This document shows, in pieces, positions 51,791-63,676 of a stretch of DNA of 64,000 bases (its first letter is position 1; every line of letters starts with the position of its first letter). Under the pieces are notes generated by a model. That model saw only the letters and a program-made list of their open reading frames with translations, was not told the origin of the DNA and made no database searches. This DNA comes from Dehalococcoidales bacterium (GTDB lineage Bacteria; Chloroflexota; Dehalococcoidia; Dehalococcoidales; UBA5760), in NCBI GenBank assembly GCA_034414575.1, contig DAOULZ010000004.1:6417-70416 (forward strand). Direction: 5' to 3'. The position numbers and the translations under genes are program-made.

Positions 51791-52660
51791 ATGCAAGATA
51801 TCGCTGTCATGACCGATACTGTAAGCTATATGCCTGAAGAAATAGCTAGTGAATACCGCGTAACGCAAATACCAACACATATCATTATTGATGGTGAAAC
51901 ACGTCTCGAAAATCAGCTAGATTTAGCAACATTCTACAAGAAGATGCCAAAATGGAAACAACAAAACAACCTACCCACAACTTCGTCTCCTTCTCCTGAT
52001 GATTTCGTGAAGGTATACCGTCAACTGGCCAAGGATTATAAATCGATTATATACATTGGCTACAGTAAACACCTTGGCATGACGATCAATTCAGCTTTGC
52101 TTGCCAAGGACTTGGTCAAAGATGAACTAGCTCAGACCGACATAGAAGTGCTTGATACAAAATCTTGGGGGGGCGCCCAAATGCTTGTCACAGTAGAGGT
52201 TGCGCGAGTGGCATCTGCTGGCGAAAATCTTGGTGAAGTATTAAAGGCGGCTAATAATATAATAAATAAAGTGAACCTCGTCATCTTGTCCGATAACCTA
52301 TATTATCTAGCTAAGGGTGGAAGAATTCATAGAGCTCGTCCTTGGGCAGGTTCCAAGATTAGCAATACAGTACTTTTAAGGCTGGATAGCTCAACTGAAG
52401 GGCAGACCACTCCTCTTGCAAGGTGCAGGACTAAAGGTGAGGCGCTTAAGACACTCTTTGGCTTGGTGCAAAGCACAGGTGCTAATAGCAGATTACACGT
52501 TGCCATTAACCATGCTGACGCCCTGGCTGAGGCTGAACAGCTTAAGGAAAAGGCGATATCACAGTTCAAATGTGCTGAAGTCTTCGTCAGTAATATCGGA
52601 CCATTAGTTACAATTCATACGGGCCTTGGAACCCGTGCTTTTAGCTGGTGGTACGAATAA
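51791..52660 (+). CDS. DegV-family fatty-acid-binding protein
   Basis: I start at ATG 51791 (GAGAGGGGGG upstream): MQDIAVMTDTVSYMPEEIA... Contains TSSPSPDDF and NLVILSDNLYYLAKGGRI. The gene and its flanks are AT-rich. Confidence 0.8.
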   Translation: MQDIAVMTDTVSYMPEEIASEYRVTQIPTHIIIDGETRLENQLDLATFYKKMPKWKQQNNLPTTSSPSPDDFVKVYRQLAKDYKSIIYIGYSKHLGMTINSALLAKDLVKDELAQTDIEVLDTKSWGGAQMLVTVEVARVASAGENLGEVLKAANNIINKVNLVILSDNLYYLAKGGRIHRARPWAGSKISNTVLLRLDSSTEGQTTPLARCRTKGEALKTLFGLVQSTGANSRLHVAINHADALAEAEQLKEKAISQFKCAEVFVSNIGPLVTIHTGLGTRAFSWWYE

Positions 52661-52919
52661 TGAATGACAAATGTTGGCTTGTCCTAGGCTCAGACCTTCT
52701 GTTTGCCCAGAAAGCTCAATGCGCAGCTGTAAGACCATTACGGATATATTCTGCGAGCAAATAGTAACGTCGCCACGACGGAAGCAATAAATACTTGAGT
52801 AGGCTCTTCATCTTAGCTCGCCCTGGCTTTCCACTCGAAAATAACTCCCCGCGATTATTAGCACATTTGTTCAAAAAGGCGTATAATTAAACTAGGGTAT
52901 AGGTTACTAGTTTGCCCGT

Positions 52920-53642
52920 TTGTACCTCAATAAATGGAAGATTGGTGGTAGAAGTGAAAAAATAATCACTGACATCAGCATTATTGTTCTGGCCATTATC
53001 TTTGGCACCGGCGTGTTAGGTCTTAGCGGTTGCGGAACCGATAGAGGTGCTCAGGAACCGGTGCCGCTAGAACCAGTAGAGATTAGAGAATACGAGGGCG
53101 AGCCGCTTTCGTCAATAAACGATTTCCGGGAGAACTCGATAAAGGGGCCACAGCAGGTAGAGATAGAGAATTACACGCTTAACATAACCGGGCTGGTAAG
53201 CGAGCCCTTAGCCCTCACCTACCATGAAGTCGTAAGCGACCATCAGCAGTATGAGAAAGTGGTCACCCTCGACTGTGTCGAGGGGTGGAGCGCCAAGATT
53301 CTCTGGGAAGGGGTGCTGGTCAGAGACCTGATTACGGAGGCAAAACCCTTACCCGAGACAAAGGTGGTCATCTTCCACGCTTACGACGGCTACACCACTT
53401 CGCTACCCATCGATTACATCACGGATAATGACATCCTAATGGCCTACAAGATGAACGGCGTGACGCTACCACCGGAGCGGGGGTTCCCCTTCGAGCTTGT
53501 TGCCGAGAGCAAATGGGGCTACAAATGGATAAAATGGATCACCGAAATCGAGCTATCCAGTGACCTTAATTACCGAGGTTTCTGGGAAAGCCGGGGTTAC
53601 TCCAACAGCGCCGACCTAGACAAAGGCTTCTTTGAAGATTGA
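52920..53642 (+). CDS. Molybdopterin-dependent oxidoreductase domain lipoprotein (sulfite-oxidase fold, YedY/MsrP-like)
   Basis: TTG start, lipobox LSGC. Contains VTLDCVEGWSAKILWEG, MAYKMNGVTLPPERGFPFELVAESKWGYKWIKWI. Confidence 0.75.
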   Translation: MYLNKWKIGGRSEKIITDISIIVLAIIFGTGVLGLSGCGTDRGAQEPVPLEPVEIREYEGEPLSSINDFRENSIKGPQQVEIENYTLNITGLVSEPLALTYHEVVSDHQQYEKVVTLDCVEGWSAKILWEGVLVRDLITEAKPLPETKVVIFHAYDGYTTSLPIDYITDNDILMAYKMNGVTLPPERGFPFELVAESKWGYKWIKWITEIELSSDLNYRGFWESRGYSNSADLDKGFFED

Positions 53643-53659
53643 AACCTGAGCTTTTCGGC

Positions 53660-54133
53660 TTAAAACCTATCCTTAAGCTTCTGGTAGGTTTCCGTCAGGG
53701 CTTCAGGGACTACCCGTATATCAGATATCACCGGCATAAAGTTAGTGTCTCCCTGCCATCGGGGCACAATATGGGTATGGACATGTTCATCGATACCAGC
53801 CCCGGCTACCTTGCCCATGTTTATCCCGATGTTAAAACCCTGGGGGCTGAACACCGCTCGCAATAGCTTGGTACACCGGCTGACCATCTCGAAATGCTCG
53901 CGGCGCTCATCATCAGTGAGTTCATCAAGGTTAGCCACATGGCGATAAGTAGCCACCATAAGATGCCCCGGATTATAGGGATAGCAATTCATGATGACAA
54001 AGTTTTGGCTGCCGCGATAGAGAATGTAGTTTTGGGCATCACTATTCTGGGCCGGTTTCTCACATAGAATGCAACCTGATGGCTTCTCCATCCGGATGTA
54101 TTCTATACGCCATGGCGCCCAAATCTGCTCCAT
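53660..54133 (-). CDS. HIT-family nucleotide hydrolase/transferase
   Basis: Histidine triad HVHTHIVPR. N-terminus WAPWRIEYI...CILC is typical of the Ap4A phosphorylase/GalT-like HIT branch. Confidence 0.85.
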   Translation of the reverse strand: MEQIWAPWRIEYIRMEKPSGCILCEKPAQNSDAQNYILYRGSQNFVIMNCYPYNPGHLMVATYRHVANLDELTDDERREHFEMVSRCTKLLRAVFSPQGFNIGINMGKVAGAGIDEHVHTHIVPRWQGDTNFMPVISDIRVVPEALTETYQKLKDRF

Positions 54134-54331
54134 TTGACCCCCTAAACTTTGATTACTTAGCCGCCGAAAGCAGGGCGTCCACCGTGGCCTACATATTATT
54201 ACTCACCGCCCCACCTTCAGCTTCTCCCTAAGATTATAATACTCCAAGCCGGTACCACAAGGAAATATCTCAACCCCCTTTTTCTCAAGCAATGGTAAAG
54301 AAATTGTCATAAACCACCACCATACCTTATA

Positions 54332-55129
54332 GTGTCTATAGCCATGGAAGACAAAAAGACTCCTTCGGATACCATCACCTTTCTAGGAACAGGCGGCGCC
54401 CGAATCATGGTGGCTACCCAGATTCTGGCTTCAGGAGGCATGTGGCTTAATCTGAGCGGCACCGAAATACTGGTCGACCCCGGGCCGGGCTGTATCGTCC
54501 AGTCCACCAAGAGGAAACTTAGAGCTGATAAGCTGAGCGCCATTATCCTGTCGCATCGCCACCTAGACCATGCCGGAGATATTAATGTTATGGCCGAGGC
54601 GATGACTCAGGGAGGATTCAAACACCGCGGCTGGCTTTTTACCCCCGCTGATGCTCTGGAGAGTGAACCGGTTATCTTTTCCTACCTACGAGATTTCCTC
54701 GAGGGCATTGAGATCCTCAAGGAGGGCAAAACCTATGCTATCGGCGACGTATCCTTTACCACCCCAATCCGGCACATACACCCGGTGGAAACCTACGGGA
54801 TGCTCTTTAAAACGGCTGAGCACACCTTCTCCTATATCGCCGATACCCGCTATTTTGACGGCCTGCTTGAGAGCTACGGCAGCGAGCTACTCATCATTAA
54901 TGTCGTCTTCTTCGAACCTAAACCGCTGGTTGACCATCTATCGGTGCCCGATGCCAAGCGTCTCATCAGCGAACTAGCACCAAAGGTAGCCATCCTGACC
55001 CACTTCGGCATACCGATGTGGCGGGCCAAACCCTGGGAGGTAGCCCAAAGGCTCACTCAGGAGACCGGGGTTAGGGTGATTAGTGCCCGGGACGGTATGC
55101 GCTTTGACCTAACGCAGCTGGATAGCTAG
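54332..55129 (+). CDS. MBL-fold metallo-hydrolase
   Basis: Contains HRHLDHAGD (HxHxDH). 265 aa. Confidence 0.8.
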   Translation: MSIAMEDKKTPSDTITFLGTGGARIMVATQILASGGMWLNLSGTEILVDPGPGCIVQSTKRKLRADKLSAIILSHRHLDHAGDINVMAEAMTQGGFKHRGWLFTPADALESEPVIFSYLRDFLEGIEILKEGKTYAIGDVSFTTPIRHIHPVETYGMLFKTAEHTFSYIADTRYFDGLLESYGSELLIINVVFFEPKPLVDHLSVPDAKRLISELAPKVAILTHFGIPMWRAKPWEVAQRLTQETGVRVISARDGMRFDLTQLDS

Positions 55130-55234
55130 CCAACACTGCCAAAACGCTGGATTGCTGCCCCATCTTAAATTATAATTAGCCATCGGAGGTTTTAAACTGA
55201 CCGTCTAGGCAGCATACCGCTGGGAGCTTTTGAA

Positions 55235-57103
55235 TTGACCGAGCTCGATAATATATTAAGCCAGGTAATCAAACCCGCCCGCTACACCGGCGGCGAGTGG
55301 AACGCCGCCACCAAAGACTGGGATAAAACACCGGTTCGGATTGCCCTTTCATATCCGGACTTATACGAGCTGGGTATGTCCACCCTGGCGCTACACATTC
55401 TGTATGAGTTACTCAACTCTCAGCCGACCGTTCTCGCCGAGAGGGTCTTCGCCCCCTGGCCGGACATGGCAGCCAAGCTACCCACCGGCGGTATCCCTCT
55501 ATATAGCCTCGAATCCAAGCACCCGCTCAAGGATTTTGACATCGTTGGTTTTTCCCTGGGCTACGAACTCACCTATACCAACGTGCTCAATATACTCTAC
55601 CTCGCTCAGATTCCCCTATTTACCTCAGAGAGAAACGACTCCCACCCGCTGGTCATCGCCGGCGGTAGCGGTGCCCTTAATCCCGAGCCGATGGCGGACT
55701 TTATTGACTGCTTCGTAATCGGAGATGGCGAAGAGGTCGCCCTTGAGCTGGTTAACTGCTTCCGAGACTGGAAAAGTGACGGGGCTCCCAAAGAAGAGCT
55801 ACTGCGCCGGCTGGCGGCAACACCTGGCATCTATGTGCCAAGTCTTTATCATGTAGAATACACAGCTAACGGTCACTTTAGCAGCATCACCCCCTCGGTA
55901 GCTGAAGCCAGCCCCAGTATTAAGCGGCGGATTGTGGCCAAGCTGCCACCACCCCCCACCAAACCGGTTGTCCCCTATATCGAGATTATCCATGATCGGG
56001 GAGCCATAGAGATTCAGCGAGGCTGCAGCCGAGGCTGTCGCTTCTGTCAGGCAGGAAATGTATACCGCCCGGTACGTGAGCGCCCCCCCCATGAGGTGCT
56101 TGAGGCAGTCGGCGAGCTTATGGCTAACTGCGGCTATAACGAGGTCTCCCTGGCCTCACTGAGCACCAGTGACTACCCCCAGATTGACGAACTGGTCGCC
56201 AGCTTATTCCACCGCTATCAGGACCAAAACCTTATCCTGTCACTACCCAGCCTGCGGACTGATAGCTTCTCAGTAAAACTGCTGGAATCACTGGCCGCCC
56301 ACAAGAGAACCGGCCTCACCTTTGCCCCTGAGGCCGGTAGCGAGAGACTAAGGCAGGCTATCAATAAGAACACCACAGAAGATACCATCCTCGCCACCGC
56401 TGCCGAAGCCTTCGCCCACAGCTGGAACAGCCTCAAGCTCTACTTCATGCTCGGCCTACCCACCGAAACCAGCGACGATATTGAAGCGATTGCCAGCTTG
56501 ATAGATAAAATCGGTTCTCTGGGGAGAAGAACCAAAGGGAGGAGACCCCAAATAAGGGTCAGCCTGTCTACCTTTGTCCCCAAGCCGCATACCCCCCTCC
56601 AGTGGGCGGCCCAGGAAAGCGAGCTTCAGCTCAACACCAAGATCGGGCTTCTAAAACAGAGGCTACCCCGCAAGGGGGTCAGGCTATCCTGGAACGACCC
56701 AAAAGTAAGCCAGCTTGAAGCCGTCATGTCGCGCGGCAACCGGCGACTGGGCAGGGTTATCCACCGCGCCTGGCAGCTGGGTAATACCTTTGATGGCTGG
56801 AGTGAGCACTTTAACTATGAAAACTGGCTCCGCGCCTTTGAAGAGTCCGGGCTTGACCCCGCTTTTTATGCGGAGCGGGAACTATCTTTAGACGAGCCGC
56901 TGCCCTGGGCCCATATTGATACCGGGGTAACCCAGGCCTTCCTCAAACGAGAATATAAGAAGGCCCTAGTAAATAAAGAAACCCCTGATTGCCGTTACCA
57001 AGATTGTAGTGCCTGCGGACTCCAGCGCTTGAGCCCAGCCTGCCGGCAAAAACATCAGCAACTCAGGCAAGCTCGGAAAGAAATCTCTCTATCGCCTGAT
57101 TAA
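55235..57103 (+). CDS. Radical SAM protein with N-terminal B12-binding-like domain (TIGR03960-like)
   Basis: 622 aa, TTG start. N-terminus ILSQVIKPARYTGGEWN. Radical SAM motif CSRGCRFC. Confidence 0.8.
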   Translation: MTELDNILSQVIKPARYTGGEWNAATKDWDKTPVRIALSYPDLYELGMSTLALHILYELLNSQPTVLAERVFAPWPDMAAKLPTGGIPLYSLESKHPLKDFDIVGFSLGYELTYTNVLNILYLAQIPLFTSERNDSHPLVIAGGSGALNPEPMADFIDCFVIGDGEEVALELVNCFRDWKSDGAPKEELLRRLAATPGIYVPSLYHVEYTANGHFSSITPSVAEASPSIKRRIVAKLPPPPTKPVVPYIEIIHDRGAIEIQRGCSRGCRFCQAGNVYRPVRERPPHEVLEAVGELMANCGYNEVSLASLSTSDYPQIDELVASLFHRYQDQNLILSLPSLRTDSFSVKLLESLAAHKRTGLTFAPEAGSERLRQAINKNTTEDTILATAAEAFAHSWNSLKLYFMLGLPTETSDDIEAIASLIDKIGSLGRRTKGRRPQIRVSLSTFVPKPHTPLQWAAQESELQLNTKIGLLKQRLPRKGVRLSWNDPKVSQLEAVMSRGNRRLGRVIHRAWQLGNTFDGWSEHFNYENWLRAFEESGLDPAFYAERELSLDEPLPWAHIDTGVTQAFLKREYKKALVNKETPDCRYQDCSACGLQRLSPACRQKHQQLRQARKEISLSPD

Positions 57104-57752
57104 CCGCCAGCGGCTGCTCCGCCAGCACCCAGTGGCCCGCACCGGGAACGATGACCTCACGCGCTCCCTTAATCTGGCTCGCCAGATAGCGAGTATATTT
57201 AACCGGTGTCATCTCATCCTCACTGCCACCAATCACCAGCGTCGGCAGCTTGATATTATGGACCTCCGCCATCACGTCAAACTTATCGCAGGCGAGTAGA
57301 TCGTTCAGCATCACTGCTGGCCCAACGCACATTCTCTCTTCAATCACCATCTGCCTGACTTCAGGGACAGTGGTACCATGGCGCCCTTCCAGATAATCCC
57401 CCCAGGCTAACCTACCGGTGACCATTCCCCCGACTGCCTTAAGCAGGTCGGGGCGAATTCTTAACCTGGCTCCGGTGCTAACTAAGATCAGGGCTCTTAC
57501 CTCAACACCATATTTCAGCCCATATAGCTGAACCACGGCACCTCCCATAGAATGACCGGCCAGAACGATATCTTGATACGGCTGCTCTTGAAGGTAGCCA
57601 CGCAGCCACTCCACATAACCACCGATGCTAGAGCAGGGTTTGCCTTCAGGATGACCGGGAAGGGCAATAGCTTCCGAACCAATAAAGTACCGGGTCTGAC
57701 ACAGCCACGCCTTCTGACCACAAGCGGCACCAGGGATAAAGAGCAGCTTCAT
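57063..57752 (-). CDS. Alpha/beta hydrolase
   Basis: Nucleophile elbow GHSMGG, and a late GAGHW motif carrying the catalytic His. Convergent 41-nt overlap with the radical SAM gene. Confidence 0.8.
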   Translation of the reverse strand: MKLLFIPGAACGQKAWLCQTRYFIGSEAIALPGHPEGKPCSSIGGYVEWLRGYLQEQPYQDIVLAGHSMGGAVVQLYGLKYGVEVRALILVSTGARLRIRPDLLKAVGGMVTGRLAWGDYLEGRHGTTVPEVRQMVIEERMCVGPAVMLNDLLACDKFDVMAEVHNIKLPTLVIGGSEDEMTPVKYTRYLASQIKGAREVIVPGAGHWVLAEQPLAVNQAIERFLSELA

Positions 57753-57788
57753 CTGAATTCTCTTCTAAGCAGGGATTAGCTCGGTCTA

Positions 57789-60227
57789 CTACTCAAAACA
57801 GGCGATAGCCACTACCTGATCACCATCCCCCAGCCTCATCAGCCGCACCCCTTGGGTATTCCTACCCTGAATAGTAATACCCTGTTTGCGGTCTTTCCCT
57901 TTCACCAGCGTGCGCGTGATAATACCATCCGCCGATATAATCATCAGCTGGTGCGCCCGGGTAACCAGCTTGGCATCAACCACCTCGCCCGTTTTTTCGA
58001 TAACCTTAAAGGTCTTTACGCCGCTGCCTGCCCGGTGCTGATTGGGATAGACTTTCATTGGTGTGAGCTTACCGTAGCCGTTAGTGGTGACCACTAGCAG
58101 AAAAACATCCGGGCGGACAATCCCCATGCTCACTACCCTGTCATCAGGAGCTAAGCGTATACCCCGCACCCCGCCACTGGCTCTCAAGCTGGCTCTTAGC
58201 TCCAAAACCGGGAACCTGATGGACTGCCCGTGTTTCGTTACCATAATGATATCATCCTGGTCACTGGCTAAACTTGCCGAACATAGCTCATCACCCTCGG
58301 GCAAATCCATAGCGATAAGCCCGCTGGAGCGCACATGGGTGAAACTCTCGATACCGGTCTTTTTCACCTCCCCACTACAGGTCGCCATGATAAGGTAATC
58401 GCCCCGCTTGAAATCACTCACCGCCACCATAGCGGTAACCCGCTCCTCCTCCGCCACCGGGAAAAGATTAATCACCGCCGTCCCTTTACCGGTACGAGAG
58501 CTGTCAGCCGGAATTTCGTGGCACTTCAGACAAAAGACCCGGCCCCGGTTAGTGAAGAAGTAGAGCCAGTCATGGGTATCAGCCACCACCAAGAGCCTGA
58601 CGGCATCCTGCTCCCGGATTACCATGCCAATGATACCCTTGCCGCCACGGTGCTGCACCCTGTAGGCCTGAGAGGCTACCCTCTTGACAAAACCCCGCTT
58701 GCTTAAGGTCACCACCATTCCCTGGTGAGGAATAAGGTCCTCCTCACTAAACTCTATTACCCCCTGCTCCTGTATCTCAGTCCGCCGTGGGTCAGCATAT
58801 TTAGACTTAAGTTCGCTCACCTCTTCCTTCACCAAGATAAGTATCCGTCTGGGATTAGCCAGCAGCTCTTCCAGATAAGCGATATTCTTTATTACCTCAG
58901 CATGCTCGTCGAGTATCTTCTGCCGCTCAAGGTTAGCCAGACGACGCAGCGGCATATCAAGAATCGCCTGTGCCTGTACCTGAGACAGACCAAAATTAGC
59001 CATCAGGTTCTGGCGAGCTACCTCAGCCGTCTCCGATTTCCGGATGGTGCTGATTACCTTATCAATCTGGTCCAGGGCAATCTTAAGCCCTTCCAGAATA
59101 TGAGCCCTAGCTCTAGCCTCCTTGAGTTCAAAACGAGAGCGCCGGGTGATAACTTGGCTACGGAAGTCAATATAATGCTGAAGTGCCTCTTTAAGGCTGA
59201 TTACCCGGGGCTGCCCGTCAACTAGAGCCAGCATGTTAATGAAGAAAGCCGACTGCATAGAGGTATATTTATAGAGGTTATTAAGCACCGGCCGGGGCTG
59301 AGCATCTTTTCTCAGTTCAATAACAATGCGCAGACCCTGACGGTCTGACTCATCACGGATGTCACTAATCCCCCGGATCTTCTTGTCCTTAATGAGTTCC
59401 GCTATCCGTTCGATAAGGGCCGCCTTGTTCGTCTGGTAGGGAAGCTCGGTGACCACTATCTGGCGACGCCCGCCCTCTTTAGCCTCTACCACGTGAGCCT
59501 TAGCCTGAACTACCACCTTGCCATGCCCGGTAGCGTAGGCACTCTTAATCCCTTCTCGCCCCAGAATGATGCCCGCGGTAGGGAAATCAGGACCTTTAAC
59601 AAACTGGATAAGCTCATTAACGGTTGCTTCGGGGCTATCAACGAGATAAGAGATGGCATCACAGACTTCGCCCAGATTGTGCGGCGGGATATTGGTGGCC
59701 ATACCAACCGCAATACCAGCACTGCCGCTAACCAATAAATTAGGTAACCGGGCTGGTAGGACCGTAGGCTCCTTCAAGCTATTATCAAAGTTGGGCATAA
59801 AGTCCACGGTATCCTTATCAATGTCAACCAGCATCTCCTGAGAAATGGGCGCTAGCCTTACTTCGGTATAACGCATTGCGGCCGGAGGGTCATTATCGAC
59901 ACTGCCAAAATTACCCTGTCCATCGATCAGCATATAGCGCATGGAGAAATCCTGGGCCATACGCACCATAGCATCATAAACCGAGGTATCCCCGTGGGGG
60001 TGATATTTACCCAGCACTTCACCGACGACACGGGCACTCTTTCGATGCGGTCCAGTATGATTTAGTCCCAGACCGTGCATCGCGTAAAGAATGCGCCGGT
60101 GAACCGGCTTTAACCCATCCCGGACATCAGGTAAGGCACGGGAAACAATGACACTCATCGCGTAGTCGAGATAAGAACTTTTTATCTCATCTTCAATATT
60201 GATTGGTTTGACTTTACCTAAAACCAT
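57789..60227 (-). CDS. gyrA: DNA gyrase subunit A
   Basis: 812 aa. Contains GKYHPHGD and AAMRYTE (active-site Tyr), plus C-terminal beta-pinwheel repeats. Confidence 0.97.
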   Translation of the reverse strand: MVLGKVKPINIEDEIKSSYLDYAMSVIVSRALPDVRDGLKPVHRRILYAMHGLGLNHTGPHRKSARVVGEVLGKYHPHGDTSVYDAMVRMAQDFSMRYMLIDGQGNFGSVDNDPPAAMRYTEVRLAPISQEMLVDIDKDTVDFMPNFDNSLKEPTVLPARLPNLLVSGSAGIAVGMATNIPPHNLGEVCDAISYLVDSPEATVNELIQFVKGPDFPTAGIILGREGIKSAYATGHGKVVVQAKAHVVEAKEGGRRQIVVTELPYQTNKAALIERIAELIKDKKIRGISDIRDESDRQGLRIVIELRKDAQPRPVLNNLYKYTSMQSAFFINMLALVDGQPRVISLKEALQHYIDFRSQVITRRSRFELKEARARAHILEGLKIALDQIDKVISTIRKSETAEVARQNLMANFGLSQVQAQAILDMPLRRLANLERQKILDEHAEVIKNIAYLEELLANPRRILILVKEEVSELKSKYADPRRTEIQEQGVIEFSEEDLIPHQGMVVTLSKRGFVKRVASQAYRVQHRGGKGIIGMVIREQDAVRLLVVADTHDWLYFFTNRGRVFCLKCHEIPADSSRTGKGTAVINLFPVAEEERVTAMVAVSDFKRGDYLIMATCSGEVKKTGIESFTHVRSSGLIAMDLPEGDELCSASLASDQDDIIMVTKHGQSIRFPVLELRASLRASGGVRGIRLAPDDRVVSMGIVRPDVFLLVVTTNGYGKLTPMKVYPNQHRAGSGVKTFKVIEKTGEVVDAKLVTRAHQLMIISADGIITRTLVKGKDRKQGITIQGRNTQGVRLMRLGDGDQVVAIACFE

Positions 60228-60241
60228 ACTCGCTTGACCTC

Positions 60242-61063
60242 TTATTCTTCGTGAATAACAGCGCTATCATTTATGTTAATAGACTCTTCAGTCGATAAGC
60301 CTTTGCCCTCAATACTCACTACCGTATAATCGGGCTCCTCCTCCCCCACCTCCTCCTCATATTCTTCTAACTCAGGCTCATGTTTGATTACCCTATCACT
60401 GAGGTAGGGCCGTGGGCTCTTAAACCCCTTGGCCGGAAAGGAAAGACGCCCAACCTGGCTGGGGTCCTGGTAGGCCTCTCTAATAACGAGGCTCACGGTA
60501 TCTTCTGTTGAGCTGACAACAGCCGCCGTATACTCATTGCCACCAGCCATCAATTTAATAAGCCGCTGAGCATGCTTGAACTCGACCTGCCCCAGATACT
60601 CACCGCGGCCATTTTCTACCACTAAACTGGAGCCCGCTATCTTTAAATAAACCTTATCACCGGCTACCATCTCAGCCACCACCTCCGGTGGCCCCAGGTG
60701 ATAGAGATTAACCACCCCCGCCTTACCTGTCTCCTCAATAAAATGCAGGGGCTCAACGTGAGAATCATCCGGTGAGCCGATAATGGCCTCCCTTAAACGA
60801 GACAGCCGATTGAGGTTCTTGCGAGCAATGGTATTATAAGGGTCAAGCTCTATCGCCCGGCTATAGGCTTCCCAAGCGTGAGAGAAATCGCCAATCTCCA
60901 TATTGGCTCTGCCCAGCCGATTATAAGCACTGACATCACCGGGAAAGCTCTCTACCAGGCTCTGATTAATGGCTACCGCCTCCTGCCAGCGACCCTGCAT
61001 CGCCAGCTCAACAGCCTGCCTGCTACGACGCTGCCTTAATCCGGCTGCTTCCGTCTCCACCAC
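60242..61063 (-). CDS. TPR-repeat protein
   Basis: 273 aa. TPR-like helices in the N-terminal third ([32 protein letters not shown]) and an acidic C-terminus. Confidence 0.65.
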   Translation of the reverse strand: MVETEAAGLRQRRSRQAVELAMQGRWQEAVAINQSLVESFPGDVSAYNRLGRANMEIGDFSHAWEAYSRAIELDPYNTIARKNLNRLSRLREAIIGSPDDSHVEPLHFIEETGKAGVVNLYHLGPPEVVAEMVAGDKVYLKIAGSSLVVENGRGEYLGQVEFKHAQRLIKLMAGGNEYTAAVVSSTEDTVSLVIREAYQDPSQVGRLSFPAKGFKSPRPYLSDRVIKHEPELEEYEEEVGEEEPDYTVVSIEGKGLSTEESININDSAVIHEE

Positions 61064-61173
61064 AGCCTGAAAGCCCTCCAGTTATCTGCTTTGCTAATTA
61101 TATTCCAGTCCACCTAGCATCACAAGTTAAAACCAACCCTCGAGAAACCAGGGAAAGCGAAGCCTAAAACAAG

Positions 61174-62394
61174 CTATGCCCCGCTTTCCAGCTCAAACGC
61201 CCGGTGCAGGGTTCGCACTGCCTCCTCAACCCTAGCCGCATCAATAATGCAGGTTATCCTTATCTCTGAAGTCGTGATTAGCTGAATATTGATGCCCTGT
61301 TCACTAAGTGTGGTAAACATACGCGCGGCATAGCCCGGAGCATTCTGCATGCCGGTACCAATGATACTGACCTTACCCAGCCTGGAATCACTAACGCACT
61401 CCCTGGCTTTAATCTGCTTGGCGATGGGTTCAACGACCTGCATCGCCCCCGTCAGGTCACTCTTAGCCACGGTAAAGGTCAGGTCGGTGATATTCTCAAT
61501 ACTGGCGTTCTGAACAATGGTATCAACACTAATACCAGCCTGAGCTAAAGGCTGGAAGATGGCAGCGGCAATCCCCGGTCGGTCAGGAACACCAACCACC
61601 GTTATCTTAGCCACGTTCAGGTCGTGAGCGATACCCATTACTTTATTTCGCACTTCCATTGGCGCTCCTCCATAAATTAAAGTCCCCGGCTTATCGTTAA
61701 AGCTTGAGGCTACCAGGATTGGAATATCATACAGCTCCCCCAGCTCCACCGCCCGGGGGTGCATCACCTTGGCACCATAGGTGGCCAGCTCCAGCATCTC
61801 CTCATAGCCAACCTCAGTTAGCGGCTTTGCCTCAGGGGTAAGCCGCGGGTCGGCAGTATAGACGCCATCAACATCAGTATATATCTGACACACACTGGCC
61901 CCCAGGCTCGCGGCCAACGCCACCGCCGTCGTGTCTGAGCCTCCCCGCCCCAAGGTGGTGATATCCATCTCCCCGGTAACCCCCTGAAAGCCGGCCACAA
62001 TGACAATCTTCCCCTTCTCCAGCTCCTTAATCACCCGTTTGGACTCAACCCTAAGGATTCGAGCCTGTCGGTGGGCGGAATCAGTGTGTATCCCAGCCTG
62101 AGCCCCGGTCAGGCTAACGGCTTCATAGCCCATATCCCGAAGCGCCATGGCCAGCAGGGTGCAGGAAACAAGCTCCCCGGTGGAGAGAAGAAGGTCAAGC
62201 TCCCGGGCACTGGGCTCCCTGGCTATCTGATAAGCCAGCTCAACAAGCTCGTCAGTGGTATCTCCCATCGCCGAAACGACGACCACCACCTGATTACCCC
62301 TATCCTTAGTGGCCACAATGCGCCGGGCGACACTCTTAATTCTCCCAGCATCTGCCACCGAGGTACCACCATACTTCTGCACAATTAAAGCCAC
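61174..62394 (-). CDS. lysC: Aspartate kinase
   Basis: N-terminus [13 protein letters not shown], then [12 protein letters not shown], with tandem ACT domains at the C-terminus. Confidence 0.95.
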   Translation of the reverse strand: MALIVQKYGGTSVADAGRIKSVARRIVATKDRGNQVVVVVSAMGDTTDELVELAYQIAREPSARELDLLLSTGELVSCTLLAMALRDMGYEAVSLTGAQAGIHTDSAHRQARILRVESKRVIKELEKGKIVIVAGFQGVTGEMDITTLGRGGSDTTAVALAASLGASVCQIYTDVDGVYTADPRLTPEAKPLTEVGYEEMLELATYGAKVMHPRAVELGELYDIPILVASSFNDKPGTLIYGGAPMEVRNKVMGIAHDLNVAKITVVGVPDRPGIAAAIFQPLAQAGISVDTIVQNASIENITDLTFTVAKSDLTGAMQVVEPIAKQIKARECVSDSRLGKVSIIGTGMQNAPGYAARMFTTLSEQGINIQLITTSEIRITCIIDAARVEEAVRTLHRAFELESGA

Positions 62395-63588
62395 TTAATC
62401 TTTAACCCCCACTAATCGGCTCATAATACTATAACCGGGGTCAAGAAGTAAATTTATTTTCCGTGCCTCAGCCTCGGTAAATCTCTCAGCCCCGTTAGCC
62501 TTAAACCCGGGTCCCCAGAGCATAAATGGCACTGGTTCTGGAGAGTGGGTCCGGGTTGCGATCGGGGTGGGATGGTCGGGCATAACCAAAACCCGGATAG
62601 AATCTCCTTCCCAGCCGCAGAGCTGCCTGACCGCCTCGCTATCTACTCTCTCGATAGCCTCCACTTTATCATCAATTGAGCCGGCATGAGCCGCCTCGTC
62701 CGGCGCCTCAACATGGATGACGGCCAGATCGCATTCCCCGAGGGCCACCAGAGCCCCGGCAGCTTGAGCCGAGCAGTCGTTATCCAGACCATCGGTAACC
62801 CCTGGTATTTCTAAGATATCCATGCCCACCATCCTTCCCAACCCCCGCAGCAGGTCAACTCCGGAGGTTATCGCCGCCCTAAGACCATAAACCCGCTGGA
62901 AAGGCGGCATGTCAGGCACTTGACCACTACCCCAGAAGAGCCATATCATCGTGGTTGGCAAATCACCGCGAGATATCCGCCTCATATTCACCGGATGGTT
63001 TCGGAGCACCGCCTCGGAGCGCTTCATCAGGTCTCGCAGCCGCTCACTCCCTGGACCCTGGGGCAGAAACTCAGCGATAGGCCTCCCGGGGATATCATGA
63101 GGCGGCGTGCAGGTCGCCTGAAGGGTAGCCTTCTCTCCCCTCAGTTTCAAGATATGACGGTAGCTCACCCCGGGGTAGAAAGACACTCTATCATCACCCA
63201 GGCTCTGGTTCAAAGCCGAGATAAGCTCCCCAGCCTCCTCGGTACTGATATGCCCCGAGCTATAGTCCCACATCCAGCCGTCCCTAACCGCCACCAGATT
63301 ACAGCGGAAGGTAACCTCTCCAGCGTCAATGGGGATGCCCATGCTCCTGGCTTCGATAGCGCTCCGGCCCCGGTAGTAAACCTTGGGGTCATAACCTATG
63401 ACCGACATACAGGCACAGGCACTGCTTGGCTCCATCCCCTCGGGTACGGTGCGGCAGAGCCCCAGTATGCCCTGAGACGCCATAGAATCCAAATTAGGGG
63501 TGCTTGCCAGCTCTAGCGAGGTCTTACCACTCCGCTCAGGTAGCGGCAAGCCAGAAGCCCCGTCAATTATCAACACGCAGTATTTCAT
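62395..63588 (-). CDS. Cofactor-independent phosphoglycerate mutase (ApgM)-family protein; possibly the 'proposed homoserine kinase' subgroup
   Basis: 397 aa. N-terminus MKYCVLIIDGASG...TPNLD. A metalloenzyme-superfamily C-terminus (VLVMPDHPTP). The stop abuts the lysC start with 0-nt spacing. Confidence 0.7.
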   Translation of the reverse strand: MKYCVLIIDGASGLPLPERSGKTSLELASTPNLDSMASQGILGLCRTVPEGMEPSSACACMSVIGYDPKVYYRGRSAIEARSMGIPIDAGEVTFRCNLVAVRDGWMWDYSSGHISTEEAGELISALNQSLGDDRVSFYPGVSYRHILKLRGEKATLQATCTPPHDIPGRPIAEFLPQGPGSERLRDLMKRSEAVLRNHPVNMRRISRGDLPTTMIWLFWGSGQVPDMPPFQRVYGLRAAITSGVDLLRGLGRMVGMDILEIPGVTDGLDNDCSAQAAGALVALGECDLAVIHVEAPDEAAHAGSIDDKVEAIERVDSEAVRQLCGWEGDSIRVLVMPDHPTPIATRTHSPEPVPFMLWGPGFKANGAERFTEAEARKINLLLDPGYSIMSRLVGVKD

Positions 63589-63676
63589 TGCTTCTCAATA
63601 CCATAATAACCTTAATAACCTTTAGTAAGTCAAGGAAGGTTGCCCCGCCGCTAAAATCCGCCTATAATATCGAGTG

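Noticed and set aside
53639-53866. 75-aa + ORF after the Moco oxidoreductase
   Set aside because: It lies entirely antisense to the HIT-family gene, which has a clear histidine triad.
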